DNA of 64,000 nucleotides from an uncultured Actinomycetes bacterium (GTDB taxonomy: Bacteria; Actinomycetota; Thermoleophilia; UBA2241): assembly GCA_963709345.1 (NCBI GenBank), contig CAVPVX010000001.1, forward strand, positions 291,480 to 355,479. Direction: 5' to 3'. The notes under the pieces were generated by a model, which saw only the letters and a list, made by a program, of their open reading frames with translations, ran no database searches and had not been told where the DNA came from. Made by a program: the position numbers and the translations under genes. Below are positions 28,666 through 37,718 of this stretch, in pieces; within the stretch, counting starts at the first letter, position 1, and every line of letters starts with the position of its first letter.

Positions 28666-28838
28666 GGCGATGTCCTTCGCCGAGTACCGGCAGCTCGTTC
28701 CTCGTCAGGAGCTGCTTCTTCACCAATGAGTCCCTTCATGATTGAGATACTTCACATGGGGTAATTATACCGCGTCACAGCGTCTCTGTCATCGGCTCTG
28801 ACGCACAGCAACGACAGCACTCGAAAGGGAGTACCAGA

Positions 28839-29470
28839 ATGAAAGCCTCAGTTCTACCGATACGACGGCCGGCAAGCATCGGCCTTCTCGCACTGGCGCT
28901 GGTCCTGGCTATCAGCCTCTTCGTTCTCGTGGCCGCTCCGCAGGCCGACGCGGCGAAGCTCCGCCTCGACGGAATGCGCACGACACTCATAACGGATCCC
29001 GGAACCACAGGCGTTCTGTTCGGCGCAGGAATCATCCCGCTCCCCGTCGCGCCCACCGCTGTGGCTCCCAAGGACGACTCCGCCCGCTACCGCTTCCCCA
29101 TTACCACCGGCAGGGTCGACGCCAAGACGACGGCCGGGTACATCAAGCACTCCGGCGGACTCCTGCTCGCCAGGTACAATGCCGGCTGGACCGCGCTGAA
29201 GCTGACCGACTTCCGCATCAACGTCACCGGTACGCCGAACCTCTCGGCGGTCGTGAATGGTGGCGCCGCGTGGTCATCGCCGATCTCGACCTCGGCAAGG
29301 CTGAGATCAAGACCTACACCAAGAAGCATCGCACCTATCGCACCGTGAAGAACGTCGGCGTCACTCTCAACGCCACGGCGATGGGCGCCATCAACGGCAC
29401 CTTCGGCACCGCCCTGCCCGACAACGTCTTGCTCGGCACGGCGAATGTCTGGGCCCGGGTCGCTCGCTGA
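28839..29470 (+). pseudogene. secreted hypothetical protein, frame break near 29265
   Basis: Signal peptide, then ...INVTGTPNLSAVVNGG in frame 1. The continuation (R)VVIADLDLGKAEIKTYTKKHRTYRTVKNVGVTLNATAMGAINGTFG...stop is in frame -1. One missing base in GCC(C)GCG would join the two frames. Confidence 0.6.
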
Positions 29471-29504
29471 CCTCGGTGAAAGCCGCAAGACAGGATTGGT
29501 GACT

Positions 29505-29543
29505 GGAGAGGGGCGGGGGCCGGAAGGGCCTCCCGCCCCCTCC
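29505..29543. terminator. imperfect GC-rich hairpin after the secreted-protein gene
   Basis: GGAGAGGGGCGGGGGCC-GGAAG-GGCCTCCCGCCCCCTCC, with one bulge and one wobble pair. Confidence 0.4.
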
Positions 29544-29707
29544 GTTGGCACGGTCGTTCGAGCAGCGCCGAGAGACTGGAGGCGATGCGGGGCCGCGAGA
29601 CGACGCAGAATCCGGTCTCCTCTGCCGCCTCCGGCGTTCGCACGAAGCCGGACTCGACCCCGTGCCGATTCCCAGCCGACAGCCCCGGCCCAAGCGCCCT
29701 GGGCGCC

Positions 29708-29896
29708 TCATAGCTCCGTGAGGCAGAGCCTCCAGAAGGCCCTCCACCGATCCGCACCGGCACTGCCGAGCAGCCTGCCGTGCTCGACTCCGACCACTGA
29801 TGCCTCGCCACCCCGCTTGGCCGTGACGGATTCGGTCACCTTGGAGCCGTCGACCAGTCGAGCACGCCAGTACCTCCACTTCTCGGCACGGCTCAT
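29708..29896 (-). CDS. possible small protein (62 aa)
   Basis: GAGGAAGAG lies 6 nt before the ATG. Reading is MSRAEKWRYWRARLVDGSKVTESV.... GC3 is only moderate and no family was recognised. Confidence 0.25.
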   Translation of the reverse strand: MSRAEKWRYWRARLVDGSKVTESVTAKRGGEASVVGVEHGRLLGSAGADRWRAFWRLCLTEL

Positions 29897-29975
29897 GCCC
29901 GGCTCTTCCTCAAGCGGCACGCCGGCGGGCGCGGGCAGCCCGGATCGCCGGCGGCCGTACGAGTCAGCTCCCGGG

Positions 29976-30536
29976 CTACCCCCCGGAACCGTTCGCGGGC
30001 CACCGCCGCGACTCGTCCGCCAGCACTCGCCGGAGTTCGGCGAAGAAGCGCTCCCTGGCGCGCTCCGTGCGCACCGCTTCACCGGCGGACAGAGACATCT
30101 GATCCTTGAAGCGGTGCGCTTCCGGCTCGACCTGCAGAACGTACGAGTTCACCCACTGATCCCAGAACCAGTCGGCCGACCCGAGCTGCAGGTACGCCGG
30201 GTCCGCCGAAGATATCCGCGACAGCCTGTCGAGGAACGCCCGTCCGCGATCGCTGTTCTCGATGCAGAAGGCGATGTAGGCGATTCGATACCGCACCGAG
30301 CCCGCGTGTCCATCGGGAATCGCAGCCACACTGTGCTCGTCCTGCCCCGGCGAAGTCAAGAAGTGACCGTAGCAGGCCTGCAGGGTGAAGCAGTGAGGCA
30401 AAGCCGCGAACGCCTGGACGACGTCGACGATCGGGCCGTCGAGGTCGCTCTGATCCGAGTCGCCCAGGACCGCCCGCCGTTCTTCGACGTATCCGTTGGT
30501 CGCCACCAGCTGCCTGGGCTCGGTGAAGGTCTCCAA
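29976..30536 (-). CDS. hypothetical protein
   Basis: 186-aa ORF with protein-like composition (HCFTLQACYGHF, YRIAYIAFCIENSDRG, WFWDQWVNSYVLQVEP). TTG start is uncertain. Confidence 0.55.
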   Translation of the reverse strand: METFTEPRQLVATNGYVEERRAVLGDSDQSDLDGPIVDVVQAFAALPHCFTLQACYGHFLTSPGQDEHSVAAIPDGHAGSVRYRIAYIAFCIENSDRGRAFLDRLSRISSADPAYLQLGSADWFWDQWVNSYVLQVEPEAHRFKDQMSLSAGEAVRTERARERFFAELRRVLADESRRWPANGSGG

Positions 30537-30854
30537 GGATCCTGTGCCCTCTCAGCGTTGCGTCGGCGGCTGCGCGTCGCGGTGCCGGACAAGACCGGCG
30601 GGGGGAGGGGCGCTCGACACATGCGTCTGCAGAACGCCGGCCCTGGTGTCAGCGTCCGGAGGCCAGCCCGATCCGGCATCCGTCGCCGGCCTTGGTCGTC
30701 TTGTCCTCCGGGTCATGACAGACATGCCGCACACACTACCGCATCAAGAGCTCGGGTTGCGCCCGGTGGCAGGCCGACGAGCGTGCTTGCCCGGCGCAAC
30801 GGCACTTGCGCATGGAGAGGCGCACTCCACGGAGACGCTCGCGGGCAGCGGGAT

Positions 30855-31436
30855 CTACGATTTCGCCGCGACCACCGTCAGATGGTAGGGCAGCTCCGAT
30901 CCGGACTCACGGGCCTCGATCTCATGGAGGCCCATCGCCGCGACCAGATGGCGAACAGCCGTCAGACCGAGCACATGGTCTACGGGCGGCCCGACGGGTC
31001 GTTCACGGTCGTCCCAGTCGAGCACGATGAAGAGGCCGCCGGGACGCAGCAACCGCACGACCTCGGCAAGAGCCTCCGGCTGATCGTGCAGGTGATGCAG
31101 GACGTCGACCATGAGGACCCTGTCGGCCGCGCCGTCGGCCGCGTCCACGGAATTCGAATCCGTCTCCACGATCCTCACCCTTGCGGCAAGATCCGGCGTC
31201 AGCCTCTTGCGCAGCACGTCTGAGAGCTCGGGGAGCGCCTCGACGGCGATCACGCGGCCCTGCGGCAGAGCCGCCGCGACGGCTGAGGTGTACACACCCG
31301 TGCCAGCGCCGTAGTCGACAACGGTCTCGTCGCCCATGAGCCGAAGCAACGAGACCACGGCCGACGGGGGCAGAGCCTCGAGCCTCGCCGGGTCCGAGAG
31401 CCTGCCACCGTGCTTCGGGTCGAACGCGTCCGCCAT
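30855..31436 (-). CDS. class I SAM-dependent methyltransferase
   Basis: VVDYGAGTGVYT motif I and LRPGGLFIVLDW. TGATG one-base overlap with the OsmC stop. Confidence 0.85.
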   Translation of the reverse strand: MADAFDPKHGGRLSDPARLEALPPSAVVSLLRLMGDETVVDYGAGTGVYTSAVAAALPQGRVIAVEALPELSDVLRKRLTPDLAARVRIVETDSNSVDAADGAADRVLMVDVLHHLHDQPEALAEVVRLLRPGGLFIVLDWDDRERPVGPPVDHVLGLTAVRHLVAAMGLHEIEARESGSELPYHLTVVAAKS

Positions 31437-31846
31437 CAGGCGTCCGCCACGGCCGTGGCGACGGTCGTGATGTCGAACTCCGGTGGCTGATGCAGGTGCT
31501 TCTTGACGGCACAGAGGTTCATCGCGTTGATCACGGCGGAGCGATACTTCTCCGGGAATCCGGCGGGCAATTCCAACTCGAGGTCGATCCTGTCGATGAG
31601 GCCGGCTGCCGGATCGAAATGCTGGCGCATCGTGATCTTCGAGCCCTCCGGGTCGATGCCGCGCTGCTGCATGAAGCCCAGCGCGTAGATTCCCGCACAC
31701 GTCCCGATGGAGGCCAGGAACAGGTCGAACGGGGCGGGTGCGGATTCGTCGCCTCCTCCGCGCTCCGGCTGGTCGGTCGCGATGGTGAATCCGTTGTAGT
31801 CGGCATAGACGCGCTTGCCGCCCGGGAAGTAGATCTGCATGTCCAT
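31436..31846 (-). CDS. OsmC family peroxiredoxin-like protein
   Basis: Contains APAPFDLFLASIGTCAGI and AVINAMNLCAVKKHL (two conserved Cys), 136 aa. Confidence 0.85.
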   Translation of the reverse strand: MDMQIYFPGGKRVYADYNGFTIATDQPERGGGDESAPAPFDLFLASIGTCAGIYALGFMQQRGIDPEGSKITMRQHFDPAAGLIDRIDLELELPAGFPEKYRSAVINAMNLCAVKKHLHQPPEFDITTVATAVADA

Positions 31847-31903
31847 GGTCGGTCCCTTTCCTGCGCACACGCTCGGTCTCTCACTACGGTCGTCACTTGA
31901 AGT

Positions 31904-31935
31904 TTGCCATGTTGCGAAATTTCGAAACTTGGCAA
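31904..31935. promoter_or_regulatory. 32-bp imperfect palindrome, probable ArsR/SmtB operator
   Basis: TTGCCATGTTGCGAAA|TTTCGAAACTTGGCAA, with 14 of 16 positions symmetric. It lies between the divergent OsmC (31846) and ArsR (31946) starts. Confidence 0.6.
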
Positions 31936-31945
31936 TACTGCACTC

Positions 31946-32293
31946 ATGACTGCTCGCCACACGCCTGTCGACCGCCAACGCTGCGCCATCCACGCCGCAG
32001 TGTTCTCTGCGCTCGCGAATCCCACGCGTCACGAACTCATGCACCACCTCTGCGAGGCGCCCCGGACGCCGAGCGATCTGGCCAGACTCCTGGAGGTGAG
32101 CCGACCCAATGTCTCGCAGCATCTCGCCGTACTGCAGCATGTCGGCCTTGTGACGCGCACGCGCGAGGGCGGGCACGTGCTCTGGCACGTCATCGACCCG
32201 CGCCTCTCGGAGGCGTGCACCCTCATCGACGAGATCCTCGGCCACGAACTCGCGCTTCGCGCCCACGCCCTCGAGCCCTCTTCGACCAGATAA
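31946..32293 (+). CDS. ArsR/SmtB family transcriptional regulator
   Basis: FSALANPTRHELMHHLCEAPRTPSDLARLLEVSRPNVSQHLAVLQHVGLV. Confidence 0.85.
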   Translation: MTARHTPVDRQRCAIHAAVFSALANPTRHELMHHLCEAPRTPSDLARLLEVSRPNVSQHLAVLQHVGLVTRTREGGHVLWHVIDPRLSEACTLIDEILGHELALRAHALEPSSTR

Positions 32294-32311
32294 CCGTCCC
32301 GGAGACCCAGC

Positions 32312-32509
32312 ATGATCACCGTCAACGAGTACGCCTGCCCCAAGAACCATCCGTGCCCTGCAGTGCGCTACTGCCCTGAGGGCGCCATCACCCAAGACGA
32401 CATCCACTCGGCGCCACACGTCGATCACGACCTCTGCACGGACTGCGGCGCCTGCACCAGCGTCTGCCGCGTGTTCGGGCAGGTGCCGGACGCGGTCGGG
32501 GTGCGCTGA
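32312..32509 (+). CDS. small 4Fe-4S ferredoxin-type domain protein
   Basis: CPKNHPCPAVRYCPEGAI plus CTDCGACTSVC in a 65-aa ORF. Confidence 0.6.
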   Translation: MITVNEYACPKNHPCPAVRYCPEGAITQDDIHSAPHVDHDLCTDCGACTSVCRVFGQVPDAVGVR

Positions 32510-32709
32510 TGGCCCATATCGATCTCGTCTGCCGCGACTGCGGCCACCGCTTTGAGGTAGTGACGCGCATCGCGATCCGCGAGAAGCAGAAGCACTGCCC
32601 CGAATGCCGCTCGCAGAATGTGCGGCAGACGATGGCCGGCTTCTTCAGGAACGGCCCGCTGTCAGACCCGTCGTGCGGCGCCCCTCAGCGCAGCAGCGGG
32701 TACGGCTGA
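32509..32709 (+). CDS. FmdB-family zinc-ribbon protein
   Basis: TGATG overlap with the upstream gene. CRDCGHRFEV....CPECRS arrangement. Confidence 0.7.
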   Translation: MAHIDLVCRDCGHRFEVVTRIAIREKQKHCPECRSQNVRQTMAGFFRNGPLSDPSCGAPQRSSGYG

Positions 32710-32908
32710 GGCTGCTGACCCGCGGCGCGGTCGCGCCGCAACGCAGAAGCCCGGATGGTCCAGAGACCCTCCGCTCCCGGGCCGTGAGGTGCGCGGTCGA
32801 CGCCGGGACAGAGTGCCCAGAAGCACCTCCCGCATAGCGTCGAGACCCTCGATCACGCGTTCGTCGGCGAGGGAAAGTCGAATCGTGACGGCCCCAGCGC
32901 ACGCGACA

Positions 32909-32935
32909 GACCAGCGACCAGCGACCAGCGACCAC
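32909..32935. repeat. heptanucleotide tandem repeat (GACCAGC x3 plus partial)
   Basis: GACCAGCGACCAGCGACCAGCGACCAC abuts the stop codon of the C45 gene. Confidence 0.7.
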
Positions 32936-34089
32936 TACAGGCTATTCGTCACGTACTCGGATTCACATGGTTGCCCGCAGGCGATGTGGGCGAGGCCCTC
33001 AGCCGGCTCCCACACCATGCTGACCGTGGTCACGCTTTGACCCTGGTCCGGGTCATCGTCGTCCCAGTGAGAACAGATGCTGAACGGCGCGTCGGCGTGG
33101 TCGCTGAGCACAGCCTTCCCGAGCTCGACGAGATCGGCGCCGGCTGCGACACCGGCCGCGAGCAGTTCGGTGGCGCGAGCACGGCGAAGCGGCGAACCCT
33201 CTGACCCGGTGGCGTCACCCAGCGCCAGCTCCGGCGACACGTAGTGATTCGTGTGCGCGAAGAGCTCGCCGCCGTCGATGAACACCCAGCGCTCCCCGGT
33301 CGTCTCCAGGTCCCACACACGTCCGCCCGCGTCGCACAGAAGGTGGTTCGAGCCTCGCGCTCTCGGCGACCCCGCGATCAGGTCGCGGGCGCGCTCCAGG
33401 TCGGGCTGCTCGAGCACGGCGGCGAGCAGGCAGTTGTTCGGTACGCCGACACGCTCGTCTCTGTAGTACACGGTGTTGGCGGCTGAAGCCAGGCCGTGCA
33501 GGCTGACGCCGGTGATCGGCAGGCTGTAGGCGGCGCCCACGCTGAGGTACGAAGCCGCGCCGCCCGGCACGCCGGACCCCACGACGCGGACCTTGCGGAC
33601 CACGAGGCCCTCGACGTCTTCGGGGTACCAATCCTCGTTGTGACCGGAGACGACGCGCCCGCCGACGACGACGGCGAACGAAGTGCAGTGATCGGGTGAC
33701 GGACGGATGCGACCGTCGCGCCTGGCTTCTGGGACGCCCGCGCCCGACCCACCGCCGGCTGCGCCGCCTTTCTCCGGCCAGACCCGGTCGGCCGCGCAGG
33801 TGAACTCCTCGCTGCAGTTGAGGGCGAACAGGTGCTGAAAGGGAGCGTTCGCGCCCTCCGCAAGGCCGCGGATCTGGTCGACGGCCTGCGGGACGTAGTT
33901 CCTCGCAGGCCGCAGATACGCCCGCGAGCGATCGGCCGCTTCCGCGAAGCCGAAACCAGCGTACAGGGGCAGGCGCTCCTCATAGGCGGCGAGGCCCTGC
34001 GCGACGAGGTCGCGCGCCGCCTCGCCGATCTGCCGCCCCACCTCACGGTGCGTGCCCGAAGCTTCGATGACTGGAGGACGATGGCTCAT
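32935..34089 (-). CDS. C45-family acyl-CoA:6-aminopenicillanic-acid acyltransferase-like hydrolase
   Basis: Contains PDHCTSFAVV (nucleophile Cys), SGHNEDW, GSNHLLCD and HTNHY. Confidence 0.8.
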   Translation of the reverse strand: MSHRPPVIEASGTHREVGRQIGEAARDLVAQGLAAYEERLPLYAGFGFAEAADRSRAYLRPARNYVPQAVDQIRGLAEGANAPFQHLFALNCSEEFTCAADRVWPEKGGAAGGGSGAGVPEARRDGRIRPSPDHCTSFAVVVGGRVVSGHNEDWYPEDVEGLVVRKVRVVGSGVPGGAASYLSVGAAYSLPITGVSLHGLASAANTVYYRDERVGVPNNCLLAAVLEQPDLERARDLIAGSPRARGSNHLLCDAGGRVWDLETTGERWVFIDGGELFAHTNHYVSPELALGDATGSEGSPLRRARATELLAAGVAAGADLVELGKAVLSDHADAPFSICSHWDDDDPDQGQSVTTVSMVWEPAEGLAHIACGQPCESEYVTNSL

Positions 34090-34262
34090 GGTCCGGCCAT
34101 CCTTACATGCCCGCAGTGTCCTTGCACAGGTCGGTCCGGCTCGAGTCTCGGCACCGGGGACACGATGTTCGACGATCGGCGACCAGTCTCCCCGGGTAGT
34201 GCCGCTTGTCAGGTGTTCGGCGACGGCGATTCGGACTCGGAGCAGCGGGGAATCTCGGTGCC

Positions 34263-36167
34263 ATGGACGGAGACCGTGGATTTCGCTTCTCGCCGCGCCC
34301 CAACAGAGCCGCCGAGATCAAATGGAGACCGTGGGGCGAGCCCGCCTTCGCGGAGGCTCGCCGTCTCGGGCGCCCCGTGCTTCTCTCGCTCTCGGCCGTC
34401 TGGTGTCACTGGTGCCACGTCATGGACGAGACGAGCTACTCCGACCCGCGAGTGATCGCCGCGATCAACGAGCGCTTCGTTCCTATCCGCGTTGACAACG
34501 ACCGCCATCCCGACGTGAACCGCCGGTACAACATGGGCGGCTGGCCGACCACCGTGTTCCTTGCCGCCAGCGGCGACGTCCTCACCGGCGGCACGTACCT
34601 GCCCCCCGACCAGATGCTCGAGAGCCTGGCCCGCGTCAAGGAGTTCTTCGATGCCAATCAGACGGCCGTCCTGGCGCTCGAGGCCACGAGACGGGCCCAC
34701 GTCGCCGACACCGCCGCAGCGTCGAGGCAGATGGGCGGCCTCCCGCTCAGTCACGAGAAGGCCCTCGGCGCGTTCGGCGGCGACCCCGACGTACCGGGCG
34801 ACATCTGCGCCGAGGTCGCCCTGCAGATCGTACGCGGCTTCGACCCCGTGCACGGAGGCCTGGGCGCCGACCCCAAGTTCCCGCAGCCGGACGTCTTCGG
34901 CTTCGCGCTCGCGTACGGCATCCTCCGCGGCGACGACCCCGAGCATGTGGCGCGGGGCAGTAGCGCGCTACTGCGCCCCTCACGCGTGCACGAGGTCGTG
35001 CGGGTGACCCTGACCTCCATGGCCGCGGGCGGCGTATACGACCACGTTGCCGGCGGGTTCTACCGGTACTCCACCCAGCGTGACTGGGGCGTGCCACACT
35101 ACGAGAAGATGCTGGAGGACAACGCCCGGCTCGCGCACCTCTACGCCGACGCCGCACTCGCGGCCCGCGGCAACGACCTCGGTGATGAGGCCCTCTACCG
35201 GCGCACCGTCGAAGAGGTCGTGGACTACCTGCTTGCGGCCCTGTGGCGCGGAGACGTGCCGGCGTTCGCCGGCAGCCAGGACGCCGACGAAGAATACTAC
35301 CTGCTCAGCACCGACGGCCGCGCGGCGCTGCCGGATCCCTTCGTCGACCCGACCGTGTACGTGGACTGGAACGCGCTCGCCGCCCGGGCGCTGCTCCGGG
35401 CGGCCCCCATTCTCGAGCGTCCGGAACTGGTCGATCGCGCCCTGGAGTTGCTCGAGTATCTGCTGGCGACGGCGCGGCGCGGTGATGCCATGGCCCACTT
35501 CCTGCTGCCCGACGGCACGGCGGGTGACGGCGCCCCGCTCCTGACCGACCAGGTCGGCGTAGCGGCCGCGCTCCTCGACGCGTACGAGGTGACTGCCGAG
35601 CGACGCTGGCTGCAGCGCGCGCAGGCCCTCGCCGGCTGGGCCGGCGAGCATCTGCGCGCGCCCGACGGCCGTCTGCACGACCGTCTGGCAACGCCGGGCG
35701 AGAGCGCCGGCCTCTTGGCCACCCCCGTCCCGGCGATCGACGAGAACGGCTTGGCGGCGGAGGTGTTCCTGCGTCTCGAGGCCTACACAGCCGAGGCGCG
35801 CCATCGCGAGAGCGCCCTCGAGATCCTCGCCGCCTGGGCGACGCACTACGAGCACCACGGCGTGGCCGCGGCGCCGTACGCACAGGCGCTCCTCCGTTAC
35901 CTGGAGCGTCCCGACCACATCGTCGTGGTCGGGGGACGCGACGACCCTCGAGCCCAGCGTCTACACACAGCCGCGCTCACCTCACCGCGTCCGTTGCGCA
36001 CGGTACAGTGGCTCGACCCCGCCGACGCGGCGGACGCAAGGCGTGCCCGCAGCGCCGGCCTGCTCCCCGCGGCGGATGGGGAGCCCGGCGCCGATGAAGC
36101 CGCGGGCCCGCCCGAGATCGCTGCGTACGTCTGTCGCGGCACGGCCTGCTCTCGGTTCGAAGCGTGA
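34263..36167 (+). CDS. thioredoxin-domain (DUF255/YyaL-like) protein with (alpha/alpha)6 barrel
   Basis: Contains WRPWGEPAFAEARRLGRPVLLSLSAVWCHWCHVMD, VDNDRHPDVN and GGWPTTVFL, with a long helical C-terminus. Confidence 0.85.
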   Translation: MDGDRGFRFSPRPNRAAEIKWRPWGEPAFAEARRLGRPVLLSLSAVWCHWCHVMDETSYSDPRVIAAINERFVPIRVDNDRHPDVNRRYNMGGWPTTVFLAASGDVLTGGTYLPPDQMLESLARVKEFFDANQTAVLALEATRRAHVADTAAASRQMGGLPLSHEKALGAFGGDPDVPGDICAEVALQIVRGFDPVHGGLGADPKFPQPDVFGFALAYGILRGDDPEHVARGSSALLRPSRVHEVVRVTLTSMAAGGVYDHVAGGFYRYSTQRDWGVPHYEKMLEDNARLAHLYADAALAARGNDLGDEALYRRTVEEVVDYLLAALWRGDVPAFAGSQDADEEYYLLSTDGRAALPDPFVDPTVYVDWNALAARALLRAAPILERPELVDRALELLEYLLATARRGDAMAHFLLPDGTAGDGAPLLTDQVGVAAALLDAYEVTAERRWLQRAQALAGWAGEHLRAPDGRLHDRLATPGESAGLLATPVPAIDENGLAAEVFLRLEAYTAEARHRESALEILAAWATHYEHHGVAAAPYAQALLRYLERPDHIVVVGGRDDPRAQRLHTAALTSPRPLRTVQWLDPADAADARRARSAGLLPAADGEPGADEAAGPPEIAAYVCRGTACSRFEA

Positions 36168-36257
36168 AGCGGTCCCGGCGGACGCTCGGCCCTTGAGCGC
36201 TCGCCGTTTTGCGATGAACCGGCTCATGATGATGCAGACGACCGTCACGGAGGCCCG

Positions 36258-36893
36258 ATGATCACGCTCTACCAGGTTGAGTGGTGCCCCTCCTGCCACC
36301 GCGTGCGGCAGGTCCTGACCGAACTCGGTCTGACGTACCTCGCAGTCAACGTCGCGGCCGACCGTAACGCGCGTGCGGAGCTCGTGGCCCTCGCCGACCA
36401 GTCCGGCGTTCCCGTGCTGACGGATGGCGACAGGATCTACGGCGATTCCGACGAGATCATCGCGTACCTCGGAGCCACGTACCCGCCCCCCGCGGACGCC
36501 GGCGAGCACACCGCACACGGCGCCTGGCGCGCCGTCAGCGCCGTGTCGCTGGCGCCGCGCGCCGCCCTCGCCCGCCTCAAGGACCTGCTGCAGCAGAACG
36601 GCTTCAAGGTGATCGCCCAGGTCAAGGGCCCAAAGATCAGCGAGCGGCTGCCCAGGGACTACGCGCTGCTTCAGGTCGCGGTGCCGGTCGCGGCCGTGAA
36701 GGCCGTGGAAGTCGACCCCATGGCGCCGACAGCGGTGCTGCTGCCGCTCGCAGTGGTCCCGACCCAAGACGGCAACAGCGTGATCGCCGCTGCCGACCCC
36801 GTAGGTCAGGTGTGGCTGTTCGGCGAGCCCGAGCTCAACAAGGTGCAGGCGGCCGTCAAGAAGCGGCTGTCCGAGGTGCTGAAGGGACTGTGA
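36258..36893 (+). CDS. glutaredoxin-like domain fused to DUF302 domain
   Basis: ITLYQVEWCPSCHRVRQVL...GVPVL, then NGFKVIAQV...LLQVAVP...VLLPLAVV, resembling DUF302. Confidence 0.7.
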   Translation: MITLYQVEWCPSCHRVRQVLTELGLTYLAVNVAADRNARAELVALADQSGVPVLTDGDRIYGDSDEIIAYLGATYPPPADAGEHTAHGAWRAVSAVSLAPRAALARLKDLLQQNGFKVIAQVKGPKISERLPRDYALLQVAVPVAAVKAVEVDPMAPTAVLLPLAVVPTQDGNSVIAAADPVGQVWLFGEPELNKVQAAVKKRLSEVLKGL

Positions 36894-36902
36894 GCCCGTC
36901 GC

Positions 36903-37718
36903 TCATCCCCAGCGATACACCCGCAGGCTGAGCACGCCGGCGACGACGGCGACCACAGCAAGCACAATGGCGGCGGTCCAGTCCCACGTGCCGCCACTCC
37001 AGGCGCCCTGCAACAGATCGACGCCGTACGTGAGCGGCAGGAAGTCACCGATCCTCTTCATCGTGTCGCTCATCACCTCCATGGGCACGGAGGCTCCGCT
37101 CAGGAACAGCATCACGAAGAAGAGCATCAGGCCCGCGCCTTGGGCGGCGCGCGGGCTGGGCATCACCGCCCCGAGCAGCGTACCGATGGCCGCGAAGGCT
37201 GCCGTGCAGAGCACGAACCCGGCCGCCAGCAGGCCGAGGGAGTCCGGGAAGTGCACCGGGTAGAAGGCGGCCGCGAACGCGGCGACCAACACCGCGCCGA
37301 TCACGCCGAGCACCAAGGCCGCCAGCACCTGCGAGCCGAGGACGGACCAGATGGGCACGAGCGAAGCCCGGAAACGGCGGAGCACCCCCCCGCTGCGATA
37401 GTCGGTGAGCCGGGCGGGAAGCATGATCACGCCCACGGACATCGTCACTACGGCGATGTAGGCCGGCGCGTAGTAGTTCATCGCACCCGCCCCCGCGAAC
37501 ACCCGGTCGTCGGTAGCGCCGGGCTGGTTCCCGAACACTTCGCCCAGCACGAACATCAGCACTACCGGAAAGGCAAACGTGAACACGATCGTCATGGGCT
37601 CGCGCAAGAAGAGCTTGAGCTCGATCCACGTGAGCTTGAGCAGGACCTTCAGACCGCCGGGATGACGGATGCGGCGCCCGGCGCCGCCGGCATGAGGCAT
37701 GCCGCTGCGGAGCGGCAT
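36903..37718 (-). CDS. ABC-2 type transporter permease
   Basis: TGATG overlap with the ATPase stop. Six hydrophobic segments. Confidence 0.8.
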   Translation of the reverse strand: MPLRSGMPHAGGAGRRIRHPGGLKVLLKLTWIELKLFLREPMTIVFTFAFPVVLMFVLGEVFGNQPGATDDRVFAGAGAMNYYAPAYIAVVTMSVGVIMLPARLTDYRSGGVLRRFRASLVPIWSVLGSQVLAALVLGVIGAVLVAAFAAAFYPVHFPDSLGLLAAGFVLCTAAFAAIGTLLGAVMPSPRAAQGAGLMLFFVMLFLSGASVPMEVMSDTMKRIGDFLPLTYGVDLLQGAWSGGTWDWTAAIVLAVVAVVAGVLSLRVYRWG

